A stretch of DNA of 64,000 nucleotides from Octopus bimaculoides (GCF_001194135.2 NC_069000.1:6500582-6564581), one strand, 5' to 3'. Numbered from the stretch's first letter, positions 25,440 to 38,731 are shown. Program-made: numbers and translations. Notes: generated from the letters alone by a model not told the origin.

Positions 25440-26335
25440 TATTACACATATTACATATATATACATATGTATATTACATATATAATACATATATATACAT
25501 ATGTATATTACATATATAATACATATATATACATATGTATATTACATATATAATACATATATATACATATGTATATTACATATATAATACATATATATAC
25601 ATATGTATATTACATATATAATACATATATATACATATGTATATTACATATATAATACATGCGAGATCGTTGCCAGTGCCCCTGGACTGGCTTGTGCGGG
25701 TGGCACATAAAAGACACCATTTCGAGCGTGGCCGTTTTCGTGCGGGTGACACGTAAAAGCACCCACTACACTCTCTGAGTGGTTGGCGTTAGGAAGGGCA
25801 TCCAGCTGTAGAAACTCTGCCAAATCAGACTGGAGCCTGGTGTTGCCATCCGGTTTCACCAGTCCTCAGTCAAATCGTCCAACCCATGCTAGCATGGAAA
25901 GCGGACGTTAAACGATGATGATGATGATGATGATATATACATATGTATATTGCATATATAATACATATATATTACTATATATATATATATATATTACATA
26001 TATATTACTATATATATATATATTACATATATATATTACTATATATATATATATTACATATATATATTACTATATATATTACATATATAATACATATATA
26101 TATTACATATATAATACATATATAATACATACATATATTACATATATAATACATATATATATATATTACATATATAATACATATATATATATATTACATA
26201 TATAATACATATATATTACTATATATATATTACATATATAATACATATATATTACTATATATATATTACATATATATATTACTATATATATTACATATAT
26301 AATACATATATATTACATATATAATACATATCTAT
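25440..26335. repeat. AT-rich minisatellite (~32-bp tattacatatataatacatatatatacatatg, about six copies, then degenerate), split by the family B copy
   Basis: Directly visible on both sides of 25660-25932. Confidence 0.9.
25660..25932 (+). mobile_element. Family B short retroposon (gtggttggcgttaggaagggcatcc ... (GAT)n tail), young copy with intact CpGs
   Basis: Recurs at about 2355-2610(-), 5830-6310, 15700-15850(-), 31520-31725(-), 34617-34995(-), 36010-36365 and 56250-56475. Confidence 0.8.
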
Positions 26336-26395
26336 ATAAGTAGAGTGATGCAAACAGGAAAAATAGAATTCAAAATATGAGTATATGCATATTTT

Positions 26396-26516
26396 TATTA
26401 ATATTTAGCAGAAGCAACAGAGGGACTCAAGGTTCAAGAGTCTCATGTTTGGCACTGGACAATGCATGAAACTCTCAGACTTTGAGTCACTCTGTTGCTT
26501 CTGCTAAATATTAATA
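26396..26516. mobile_element. 121-bp fold-back (MITE-like)
   Basis: 52-bp arms with the outer 27 bp perfectly complementary; starts and ends with TA. Confidence 0.75.
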
Positions 26517-26520
26517 TATA

Positions 26521-26649
26521 CATGGTTCCAGGTTCAGTCCCACTGCGTGGTACCTCAGGCAAGTGTCTTCTATAATAGCCTCAAGCCGACCAAAGCCTTG
26601 TGACTGGATTTGGTAGATGGAAATTGAAAGAAGCCCGTAGTATGTATAC

Positions 26650-26684
<35 letters not shown>

Positions 26685-26845
26685 NNNNNNNNNNAATTAG
26701 CGGTTCGGCAAAAGAAACCGATAGAATAAGTACTAGGCTTACAAAGAATAAGTCCTGGGGTCGATTTGTTCGACTAAAGGCGGTGCTCCAGCATGGCCGC
26801 AGTCAACTGACTGAAACAAGTAAAAGAATAAAAGAAAAAAAAGAA
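26521..26845 (+). mobile_element. SINE family A
   Basis: Body, (TA)n, then a well-preserved 3' tail. Confidence 0.8.
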
Positions 26846-28387
26846 TATATCATCATCATTTAACATCCATTGTCCATGCTGGCATGGTGACAGGAAGGGA
26901 ATTCAACCAGAGAAAATCTGTCCCCAACAAATTCTGTCTGACCCATGCAAATATGGAAGAGTGGACATTCAAATGATGAATGAATGAATTCATACAGGTC
27001 CTGGAACATGAAGGGGCCTGTTTCTGCTCACTGTTAATACATATTGCTCATATTCTTAACACAACAAAGAGGATTTTGAGAATGTGTGTAACATGTTAAC
27101 TGCCACAGCCTGTTACTGGAACTTACCAGTGATACCATGTATTTTGTGCAGTCACACGGCACACTGTTTAATTACATTGAAATGTAATTTTTTTTTTTTA
27201 CATTTAAAAAATATTTCCTGATTAAACTTTCATATTTAGCACTCATGTTATTTCGATATCCTCGAATTCATGTCAAAGATAAAGAATAAAATATTTTCTC
27301 AAATTATGAAAAATGTACCACCCGTGGTGCACATGGCAGTCATGTGAAGCTTTTGATGAACCACTGGTGGTAGATATGACTGTAAATCTGGTAAAATGTA
27401 AGAATGTTAAAAGGTAATACCCAACACCAGGGTAAGCCTATGGCCCCTCAGTCTAAAAGTTACCTTTTTTTTTCTTTGTTTTTTTAAGGCAAATCCACCA
27501 TCCATCACCGGCTTGCTAGGGCTATCATGATTTCATCATATTATTCATCTTTGCTCATTGACAAAGAGCAATATGATATGAAGTGTTTTGTTCAAGAATA
27601 CAATGCATTGCCCAGTCCAGGGGTCAAAACCACAATCTTACGGTCATGAATCCAAGACCCTAAGCAACATGCTTTGAATATAAAAATGGTACCTGGTTTA
27701 AATATTTAATTTCCAGGAAAAATCACAGCCCACAAATACCTTGGAGCCCCTTCGATAGCACTCCCTCATATGTTCACAACAACGCCCACCAGAAGGTGCT
27801 ACCACCCAGGTTATGAACCACTTTCCTAAAAGTTTCAAAAGCAGGGTCACCACATGAATCAAATTATCTGCCTTGATACATTATTCACTATATAGGTGGC
27901 AGCACAAATGTCTGCATGAGATCCACAGATTCAAAATTCTACACATTTTACAATTACATTTTACAAATAAATATCTCTCTCCTCTCTCTCAAGCAGACAA
28001 AAGATTTATCTTCAGAATCACAAAGAGCTTCAATCCTTGAGCAGGAGCTGATCTGGTCCTCTACAAAGCCAAAGTTCAATCTCCATTGGAGCACGACTTC
28101 CACCTCAACCATATCTAGAACAATCCTTTTACGCACACAAACACAGAGCACTTTCTTATAACCCAGTCACACACATTCATACACACCCTTTCACATACCT
28201 AGGCACACCCCATACACACACTCACTTTGCACATTCTTACACACATACACACACATACGGATATACACACCCAGATACATAACAAGCATATTTGTTCAAT
28301 TGTTTTAGAGATAACAATAATTGTAGAAAAAACAGTTGCTGAAAATAATAGAAAAAAAATATTAAGCTAAAAGGATTCTATACTCAC

Positions 28388-28485
28388 TACTGTGCACAAT
28401 CAATAAGCTGATACTCATTAGATCGTTCATAACAATTCTGTACTCCTTTATCTCGCCACAAAATTTCTGTGTGTTCATAAAATTC
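28388..28485 (-). CDS. GNAS: Galpha-s exon (98 bp; equivalent to human GNAS exon 6)
   Basis: tcaatttcag|GAA TTT TAT GAA CAC ... TGT GCA CAG TA|gtgagt = [32 protein letters not shown](Y). Contains the conserved Galpha [12 protein letters not shown] motif. Phase 0/2. Confidence 0.97.
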
Positions 28486-28520
28486 CTGAAATTGAAAAAA
28501 TATATATATTTAAATATATT

Positions 28521-28576
<56 letters not shown>

Positions 28577-30326
28577 AATAAAAGGGTAAAGGAATATTAA
28601 TCTATTACTAAATTAATAATCAATAATTTTTACCAAGCACTTCAGTATGTAAACACCATTATCGGTGAAGAACTTATTTAAAAGTTATTATAAATTTATA
28701 GACATAATTAAGGGATCAGCAACAGTTGTTTCACCACATACCGAAGTTCAGAAATGGCAGCTAAAGTGCTAAAACTCCATATATATCATTGTCATTATCA
28801 TCATATCATTGTTTTAACATCCACTTTCCCCCATTAAGGCGAGACCAATCTTGAATGCTTACAATATAGCAGTATTAAGTAAAAACCCTGCCAAGGTGGA
28901 GGCATTAAGCAAGGAGACGTATAAGTCTAGCATCCAATGGATTAACTCTATCAAATATGAATAGATCAAAAATACATGCTGTTTCCTCCTTCTAACCCAT
29001 GCCAGCATGCAAAATGATGCTAAAAGATGAAGATCTTTGGTTTTCTCTCAGATAAAAATAACACACCTGTTGTGCACCACCATTACACTAATCTCCACCT
29101 GACAAAAATAGTACACCTGTCTCTAATTCCCACTCTTCACTGCCCAGGAGAATCCCTGTCTTCCGTCTTCATAAAAGAATCCCTTTCAGAATTATTTCTC
29201 CATCTATATTTTTCCTAAACCCATATCAACTACATCAAACTCACCAACGAAGTGAAACAGCAGCCAAACCTTTCTCCAATCACCCCTTAGCATCTTTGAA
29301 GAAAGAAGAAGGGTTGGAGAATTGGATGTGGGGTTTAAGGGAGAAGACACAGAAGGAGGGGCTCACAGTGAATCTGAGTGAAGAGAGTTTGCATGGCTAG
29401 TTGGGAGGACCAAAGGCTGTTGTTGTAGGAGAGAGAAAGAGAGAGAGAGAGAGAAAATGGTATTTGTGGGACAGTGGTATTAGTGTGTTGATTGTGTGAA
29501 TCTAGCTATTAACCCATCTTTTGAATGCAGTCTGAAATGTTTATCTGTGCAACAGCAGGACCACCACAGATGTGAAAGCAACAGTTCAGTGTTGGCCTTA
29601 TCTGAAACCAGTAAAGAATCAGCATTTGATGAGTATTCAGGTTTTTCCTCATCCTAAACAGGAAATTCAAATTCTTTAGTAATGTTATATAAAATATAGG
29701 CATGGGTGTGGCTGTATGGTTCAGAAATTTGTTTCCTAATCATGTGGTCTTGGACTCAGTACTATTGCAAGGCACCTTGCTCCAGTGTTTTCCTCTATAG
29801 CTTTGGATCGACCAAAGCCCCGTGAATGAATTTGGTAGATGGAAACTGAAAGAAGCCTGTCACTTTGTGTGTGTGCACATGTTTGCATGTGTGTTTGCAT
29901 GTGCATGTATGCACATGTGTGTGTGGGTGCTGATGTGTACTCTTGTCTTGGCATCATCTAATGATCGTAAACAAGCATCACTGTCATACAAGCAATGTTG
30001 TTTGCTTCCATTCTTCCACTGAATATTAGTTTGGCCACAGAAAATATTACCTTGTTTGGAACCAAGTGAGAGTTGGTGACAGGAAGGGCATCTAATGTAG
30101 AATATTTTGCCTCAGCAAATTCCATTTGACCCATGCATGCATGCATGAATGAAAAGGTTGGGGCTATACGATATGTTGAAATGATTTTATATTCTTTGTC
30201 ATGAGCACAGAGGGTGAGGACTCTAAAAAAAAAAATCCCACAAAATTCTGGCACCAGAATTTGAACTCACAGCACATCGATGAATTGTCAGTTCAATAAA
30301 TACATGACTTTTGTGCATGAAGAGTA

Positions 30327-30681
30327 CAGTAATCCCTCACCATATCGTGGTTCACCTATCGCGCACTCAGTACATCACGGTTCACCTACTGTGCACTCAA
30401 TACATCGCAGTTCACCTATCACACATCCAATAAATTGCGGTTTGCCTATCACGCACTCAATACATCACAGTTCACCTGTCACACACTTTTTAACAATCTT
30501 GGTTTGCCTATCACACACTCACATAGCAGATTTTTCTGGCCAATATATGTAAATTTGTATCGCAGACTCCGCAGTATATTGCGGGTTTCTGCAGCCGATA
30601 GGTATTTATATTTTTTTAGATTTTAATTATTTCTGTGGGAGGTTTTGGAACGTAACACCAGCAATGGTTGAGGGATTACTG
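30327..30681. mobile_element. pogo/Tigger-type MITE
   Basis: Perfect 13-bp TIRs cagtaatccctca / tgagggattactg, TA on both sides, and about six internal ~30-bp repeats. Confidence 0.9.
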
Positions 30682-31739
30682 TAGTTTGTCAATGTTTGAC
30701 CCCAGGTCAAACATTCAATCAAAAGGCTCCTGTTCCAATTCTGACCTGTCCATGTTTTCCCCCAGGCACAGTGCACTTAAGACTACATTATTTTGTATGT
30801 TTTTCTCTAAGACAAGTAGAACTGCGGAAAATTTGAGCAAACACAAAGAGCCTCTTGCAGGGGCTTGAGAAAGACAGACAGACAGACAGAGAGAATAGGG
30901 ATTGCTGAGAAAAAAAAGGTGTTGTTAGCTATGATCTAGCAGACCTATAATTAAAGGGGTTCCAGCTATGGCTAACCCATCCTTTTATGCCTGTAATACA
31001 TTGTCCATCCTTCTTTGAAATTTAAGAAGTGATAGGAGTGAAATTTTACTGTTATTTCTAGCAGAATTAAGTGACCACATAAGGAGAGATTCCCATGTTG
31101 GTTTGACCTGGGATATAGCCATATCTGATAAGAGAGTAGCAGGAGGAGAACGAGGCTGAAGAGAAAGAGTAGAAGATAAATACACGTGAAGAATAGGCCT
31201 CTACAATCCCATCATGATACAGAAAGACGAAGGGGAGAATGATGATGATATAATTATAGAAATACATCACATACATATCTCCATACATACACATACATAC
31301 TATGGTGAAGGACTATAGAAATACACACTATTTTTAGCAGTCACGTCTATAAAAAGCACTAAAATTAGCTTATTTAAATACAAAATATAAACAAAAGATT
31401 TCAACACCTTTTGTTTCTCAGAATACAAACATCCACATTGTAAACCATCCATTTCTTTCTCTCTCTCTACACACACACACAAGCATCCTGTGTTTCAGTC
31501 ATTGGACTGCAACCATGCTGGTGCACTACCAGGAGGCTGCACCAGGCTCCAATCTGATTTGGCAAGGTTTCTAAAGCTGGATGCCCTTCTTAATGCCAAA
31601 TACTTTGAGAGTGTAGTGGGTGCTTTTTATGTCAACAGCACAAGAGCCAGATCAGGTGGCACTGGCATCAATAATGCTCAAATGGCGCTTTTTAGATGCC
31701 ACCAGCACGGGAGCCAGTCAGGTGGCAAATAATAATAAT

Positions 31740-31938
31740 GCTTTCAAATTTTGCCACAAGGGCAACAGTTTTGGGGGAGGGAACGAGTCAATTACATCAA
31801 CCCCAGTGCATAACTGGTACCCCAAAAGGATGAAAAGCAAAATCGACCTCAGCAGAATTTGAACTCAGAGTTTAGTGATGGGCAAAATACCACTAAGCAC
31901 TTCATCCAGCATGCTAACAATTCTGCCATCTCACCGCC

Positions 31939-31988
<50 letters not shown>

Positions 31989-32226
31989 CCTTTCTACTGA
32001 AGGCACAAAACCTGAATTTTTTTGGTGGGGATAGGCGGGGGGGAATAGTCAATTACATTATTACATTGACCCCAGTGTTTCAATTGTACTTAATTTATTG
32101 ACCCCTAAAAAGACGAAAGGCAAAGTTGGACCTCAGTGGAATTTCAACTCAGAACATAAAGATGGACGAAATGTTGCTAAGCATCTTTGCCCAGCGTGCT
32201 AACGATTCTGACAGCTCACCACCTCA
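31740..32226 (-). mobile_element. Two tandem family G tRNA-SINEs just downstream of the 120-bp exon; other copies at about 3495, 22030(-), 24660, 38080, 38960(-), 40880(-) and 58160
   Basis: Head ggtgagctggcagaatcgttagc, B box gagttcaaattcc, central gtcgactttgcctttcatcctttcggggtcgataaa motif, (TAT)n tail. Confidence 0.8.
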
Positions 32227-32268
32227 ACGACAATGACAACAACAACAATAATAGACTGTAAGACTTAC

Positions 32269-32388
32269 TGCAGGATAATCAAAATCTGGTTGGCTAGCAA
32301 TTTCTTGTATGTAGTTGACATGATGCATTAAACTCGAGTCATCTAACTCTACAGGTGGATTTAATGTACTCATAGCTCCAGTGATAGT
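32269..32388 (-). CDS. GNAS: Galpha-s exon (120 bp; equivalent to human GNAS exon 5), helical domain
   Basis: ctctttcag|ACT ATC ACT GGA GCT ATG ... TAT CCT GCA|gtaagt = [40 protein letters not shown]. Phase 0/0; [13 protein letters not shown] matches invertebrate Gs. Visible inside track ORF 32224..32436. Confidence 0.96.
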
Positions 32389-32648
32389 CTGAAAGAGATG
32401 GAGAATACAACGGATAAGATATAGGCACAAACACATCTATACATATTGAGATGAGAATTAAACAGATAAATTATATACAGACACAGACAATTATCTATAC
32501 ATGCATATATGTACATTCTCTCTCTCTATCTATATATATATATATATATAGGTTAAAAAAAAACACAAAAAACAATAACAAAGAAACAACAAAGTGAGGA
32601 CGTGATACGGATAGTGTTATTGGACGCTCGGGAAAGGAAAGAGAGAGA

Positions 32649-32683
32649 GTATGACGTTTCGGGCGCAGCCCTTCGTCGGAAAG
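32649..32683 (-). ncRNA. Hammerhead motif variant in a related repeat copy (about 32555-32745)
   Basis: Minus strand: cttt-CCGACGA-a-GGGC tgc GCCC-GAAAC-GTC-atac. U4C core variant, perfect 4-bp stem II, weak stem I. Flanks (agtgttattggacgctc.ggaaaggaaag; gaaaatcg) are shared with the 10-kb copy. Confidence 0.6.
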
Positions 32684-32740
32684 ACGGAAAGTTCAAAGAA
32701 TGGAAAAACGGAGGAAGAGAAAATCGGCACCGATGCCCAC

Positions 32741-32796
<56 letters not shown>

Positions 32797-32918
32797 NNNN
32801 NNNNNNNNNNNNNNNNNNNNNNNNNNNNNNNNNNNNNNNNNNNNNNNNNNNNNNNNNNNNNNNNNNNNNNNNNNNNNNNNNNNNNNNNNNNNNNNNNNNN
32901 NNNNNNNNNNNNNNNNNN

Positions 32919-33231
32919 AAATTAACGTGCAAGTGGCTGAGCACTCCACAGACACGTGTACCCCTAACGTAGTTCTCGTGGATATTCAGCGTGACACTGT
33001 GTGACAAGGCTGGCCCTTTGAATTACAGGTACAACAGAAACAGGAAGTAAGAGTGAGAGAAAGTTGTGGTGAAAGAGTAGAGCAGGGTTCACCACCATCC
33101 CCTGCCGGAGCCTCATGGAGCTTTAAGTGTTTTCGCTCAATAAACACTCACAACGCCTGGTCTGGGAATCGAAACCACGATCCTGTGACCGTGAGTCCGC
33201 TGCCCTAACCACTGGGCCATTGCGCCTCCAC
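32919..33231 (-). mobile_element. tRNA-derived SINE (octopus OR-like by recall)
   Basis: Minus strand gtggaggcgcaatggcccagtggttagggcagcggactc...gtttcgattccc, with clear A and B boxes. Confidence 0.75.
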
Positions 33232-33308
33232 ATGATGATGATGACGACAATGATATAGTGTTTATACTGAATTTGTATTTGATTATTTTAGATTAATCTC
33301 TCTGTTAA

Positions 33309-33528
33309 CCCTTTAGCATTTAAGACGGCCATATCTGGCCCAAATATTCCACCCGTTTTATATCCAAACTGGCCAGATCCAGCCTCTCACACCTAACATA
33401 CAATGTCATTCTAAAAGTAAACAATCAAATCTTTAAAATCCAAAAGCCACAGGATAATACATGATGAATTCAAAACAATATGGACAAATAAGCATCACAT
33501 TTGACAGAGGAATCTGGATGTTAAAGGG
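33309..33528 (+). mobile_element. piggyBac-type MITE, full copy; related copies at about 21180-21335(-), 43499-43721 and 45361-45763 (two in tandem)
   Basis: TTAA|ccctttagcatt ... gatgttaaaggg|TTAA. The internal sequence recurs at the listed loci. Confidence 0.8.
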
Positions 33529-34122
33529 TTAATTATATTTGATACATTCACCAAATACAAGTTTTTAGTTGGAAATATTTGTGACAGCCAGCTCGAGTTA
33601 CAGTAAGTGGCATACTAAGATTTATTAGGTGTACTGGGTTACAGGTTGACCAACCTGCCTGTGGTAAACATTTGCATCACATTTTATCCTCTAGTATAAG
33701 TCAAACTAACTTGGGAGAGATATTTTTCAGGCTTAAGTCAACAACTTGTATGCAGCAATTTACTGTATAAGGACACGAGATATCTCACCTCCTGGATAAG
33801 ACACTAATCTATAGCTGGTAACACTACAAAACTTTACTGTTTATCGTATAGTTCTATTACTGGATAAAGCCAACAACAGAAAATGGATGTGTACTAACTT
33901 CCCTGTTTCACAGTAACACTTTGTACAATGAATGCATTGTCTCACTGTGTACACAATTCCCCTTTACACAATCAGACACCTGTACTGGATTGGAATGCAA
34001 TACCTGAGTTGGCAGTCCAACTTTATATATTTGTTTTGTTTAGTGTCATTTTTTTTTCTTCTCTTGCTAGCATGGCTTAACACACACACACACACGTATG
34101 AAAATACACATGCATATGCGTG

Positions 34123-34157
<35 letters not shown>

Positions 34158-36363
34158 AGACACAATTTGGAGTCAAATAACATTTAGTTTCATAACCTAG
34201 CAACACCAACTGCTGTGGATTGTTGTCCTTGAGCGGTTGAACTAGACATGTGTGTATATGTGTGAGTATATGTGCGAATGTATGTGTGTATGCGTGCGTG
34301 TGTGTGTGTGCACATAAAGGTGAATACTATGTGAGTGTGAGACAAATTGTATCTGTGTGTGCATGCACGTATGTGTTTGTGTATGTATGTGAGCTAAAAT
34401 CAACGAAGAACTCGACTCAGACACCCTCACAGTTAGTACTATTACAATATGGTGGTTAGTCATAAACAGTTATAATACAGAAACTGTAATATAATAGTTA
34501 GCTTAGTTTTAATATAGTAGTTTTAGAAATTGTTGCCCAATAATTATATTGTGGTTGTAGTAATATAGTTATAAAATAGTTATAATAACTCATAATGTAG
34601 TATAACCAGCTAATATTGTCATCATCATTTGATGTCTGTTTTCCATGCTGGCATGGGTTGGATGGTTTAGCTGAGGTCTGGAAAGCCAGGAGGCTGCACC
34701 AGGCTCCAATCCGATCTGGCAATGTTTCTACAGTNNNNNNNNNNNNNNNNNNNNNNNNNNNGCTGGCATGGGTTGGATGGTTTAGCTGAGGTCTGGAAAG
34801 CCAGGAGGCTGCACCAGGCTCCAATCCGATCTGGCAATGTTTCTACAGTCGATACCTTTCCTAACACCAACCACTCCGAGAGTGTAGTGGGTGCTTTTTA
34901 CATGCCACTGGCACAGGAGCCAGTCAGATGGACCTGACATTGACAACATTTGGATAGTGCTTTTTACGTGCCACCGGCATGGAAGCCAGTCTGACTTGAT
35001 AATGTTTGGTTATTATAATTATTATAAGATGTGTAAATGGAGAGTTGGAGCAGGAGAAAATTAGATAAGTACGAAATCACTGGACCACATGGGGACAGAT
35101 GAAGGCTACAGAGTAGAGCTATGATTAAAGACCGATTGATGTGGACAGATAGTGGACACATGGGTGAGTGGACAGTGTGAGAGAGGTGGAGTTGTTGACA
35201 TGGCAAGAATAAAGAGACATGCAAAAATATTGAAACAAATGTAACAACACAATGTAGAAATATATTGATGCCTTCTCATCTCTCCTACATCACTCATATC
35301 CTTATCACACTGTCCCCACCATTATTCACATCTTTGTCACTCATCTCTTCAGTGTTTAACTCTTCGATGTTTATCTCTTCATCACTCATTTCTCTATCAT
35401 TCATCTCTCAGTCATCTCCAATATTCATATCCGCAACACTTGTCTAGCATTCATCTTTCCATCACTCATTATTACTCTGTTGTTCAGCTCTCTAATGTTC
35501 ATCTATCCATCACTTATCATTCGTCTCTCTCTCTCTCTCTGTCTAGTATTCAGTTCTCTAATGTTCATCTCATCATTCATTTCTCTATCATTCATCTTTC
35601 CATCACTCATCTCCCCATCACTCATCACTCAGCTCTCTAATGTTCATCTACCCATCACTTATCATTCATCTTTCCACCATTCCCCCCCCCCAGTGCACAG
35701 CTCTCTAATTTTCTCTCCACCACTCATCTTTTTGTTTTATTCTGCTGATGTAACTAAGAAAGCTATAACTGATACACAAGATAACCACTTCTTCTGTGCT
35801 GTCATTCATCACTCCTGCTCCTCTAGTCACTTGCTATTGACAGCCATCACTCACTCTTACCATTATCCACTTCCTTCACCCCTCTCTCTTTCTCTCACTC
35901 TATCACTCTCTCATCCCAGTCATTCCGCTTTTACTACCTTTGCTCCCCTCACTCCACTCATCATTCTATTTACCTTCTTAGCCACAATGTTTTCTTGAGT
36001 ATTGAGTACTCCCTAGTCTAGTATAGAGTACAAGGCAACCTCACTAGTGCTGGTGCCACAATAAAGTATACAGAATGCCCTTCGTAAAATTGTTGTAGTG
36101 CAAGTAAAGAAAACATAGTGAAGACATTCAGCCTATTTTGAGGACACAACCACCTAAGTGCTGATATCATCTTCATCAGGAGACCATGATAAAATGCACA
36201 TAGAGTCCTCTGTAAAGAGATCAGAGATAGGAAGGGCAAGTAACCATTGGAAACAAGCCAAATACAAGCCAGACAGGATTCTGTGCCCCTCTACAACTGT
36301 CTCAAACCAGAACTTGTCCAACCCATGCCAATATGGAAAGCAGATGCAAAATGATGACAATGA

Positions 36364-36394
<31 letters not shown>

Positions 36395-36841
36395 TTAAAT
36401 TTGTGATGATGTTGACCAGTACGACAAGCATTTTAACACATCAAGAAAAATTAATTTAACAGTTTTTGTGTATTTTTAAATGGTTAGAATGTCTGTCTGT
36501 CTGTCTGTCTCTTCTCTCTCTCCCCTTACGTGTATATGCATATATATATATATATATATAGATAGATATATATATATATATAATGAATTAATAAACTATT
36601 TTAACTACGCGCACGCACACACACGTGTATATATGTATGTATGTGTGTATGTGTGTTTGTGTGTGTATGTGCATTAAAAAGAGGATCAAATCAACAACCA
36701 AACACAAACACAGCTAACCTTTACTGTACTCAGACAATGTTTAAATTATGTCCTGAATGTTGCTATTTTTAGATGATTCAAAGTTCATAGTTATTTCAGT
36801 AGCAACTAACAATGGCTTAGTTATTTAGCTTTCTACATGAA

Positions 36842-36874
<33 letters not shown>

Positions 36875-36935
36875 GTCCACACACACACACACACACACAC
36901 ACACATGCAATATGTGTGTGTGTGTATTTATGTAC

Positions 36936-36971
<36 letters not shown>

Positions 36972-37145
36972 CATACATACATAAGAGAGATAATTATTTA
37001 TTCATAGTTATGCGACATATGTGGAGACAGCTGGTTGGGTCAATAGGATGTCTAGGATGTCATACACACGCATGCATACTCACAACCTCACGCAAACACA
37101 CACACAAACATGCATGAACACACACACACACATGCACTCTCTATT

Positions 37146-37184
<39 letters not shown>

Positions 37185-38499
37185 GCTGCAGCCAAAGTTT
37201 CTGTGCTGAAGCTGGTACTGTATTATGTAGCATCCTGTTTAGCAGCAATGGTGTGAGTGGAGTAACATGCCCAACATATTAACACTCGCAACATCTCCTC
37301 AGTCCAGTCAGCTGTAAATAGGTACCACCAGCTATACAGTTGAGATGGATATATTTGATTTACTAAGGACAAATGTTAAGTTTTGGAGATGCTTAACACA
37401 ATATATTTTACTTAGCCTTTGGTATGGCCAGTCTGGGGCAAAAAAGCAATAATAACAAGGTTGCATTAGATAATGTTGTCCTAGATATACAAGGGTTGAA
37501 TGTAAGATAGGATGGTCATGGTTGGAATATCTTTGGCCATAGGTCTACTGGATTAAAACTGACTTGCGGCTAATCAATAATGAGGGACATTTTAGATAAT
37601 GTAGTCCTAGGTAGATTATGTCAGAATCAAAAGAAAAGATGGTCACAACCAGAATACCTTTGATTACAAGTCTGCTGTTTCAGAACTGACCTGGGGTTAA
37701 GAAATAACAGTCAGGACACCTTAGATAATGTAGTCCTAGACATCAGGTAGAGTCAAAAGTGTCTTTCAGATTTTCACTGATGAGTTTTCGCTTGTATCTC
37801 CATGTGTTTGTGCCTTACCATATGGCAAATGGTGTTGATTTGTTTGACACTGTAACTTAGCAGTTTGGCAAAAGAGACCCGTAGTACATGGCTTAAAAAA
37901 ATAAGTCCTGGGATCAATTTGTTTAGCTAAACCCTTCAAGGTGGTGCTCCAGCATGGCCACTGTTCAGTAACTGAATGAAACAGGTAAAAGATATTCTCT
38001 CCAATGTTCTTAATGTTTCTCTCTCACAGTCTACTGACAAAAACAACCACAACTTGCAAAAGTGCAGAGGAGGCCACCAACAGAAACCTCAGCACACTGG
38101 ATAAAATGCTCAGCAGCATGTTTTCTGGCTCTACGTTCCAAGGTCAACTTTGCCTTTCATCCTTTCAGGATGATGAAACAAGTACCAGTTGAGCACTGGG
38201 GTCAATGAAGCCAAAAATGAGACCCCTCAACCAAAGTTTTAGACCTTGTACCTATAGTAGAAAGGAGTGGTGTTATTGAGAGGACAATGACTTAACAGAA
38301 TAAGTAGAGAGTCAGACAAAATGCCTTGTGGTGTTTAGTACAACCCTTTACATTCTGAGTTTTAAATCCAGATGTGGCTGACTTTACTGTTCTTTCTGGA
38401 ACCACTGAAGCAAGCAAAGATTAGTTAAGTACTGGAAAAGTGGGGGAGGGGAGTTTCAAGCTCATTTCATTGACCTGCATCCCAACCCCCATCAAAATA

Positions 38500-38731
38500 C
38501 AGAGTTGGCCAAAAGTCATCCGACAGTAAATCAAAATTCCATAAACACTATCTAATTTTGTATTGACTCGAACGGAAAAAATGTGTCACTCAAGAAGGAC
38601 TTCAGTTTGAACAATTTTCATGATGGTTTCTATTTAGTTCTGTTTATTAAATTCATTCAGTCGTTAAACATAAATAAATCTTGGAATTAAATGGTTTTGA
38701 TTTGCTGTCAGGTGACTTTTGGCCAACCCAG
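38500..38731. mobile_element. Tc1/mariner-type MITE
   Basis: ~37-bp imperfect TIRs (cagagttggccaaaagtcatccgacagtaaatcaaaa / ttttgatttgctgtcaggtgacttttggccaacccag), flanked by TA. Confidence 0.85.
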
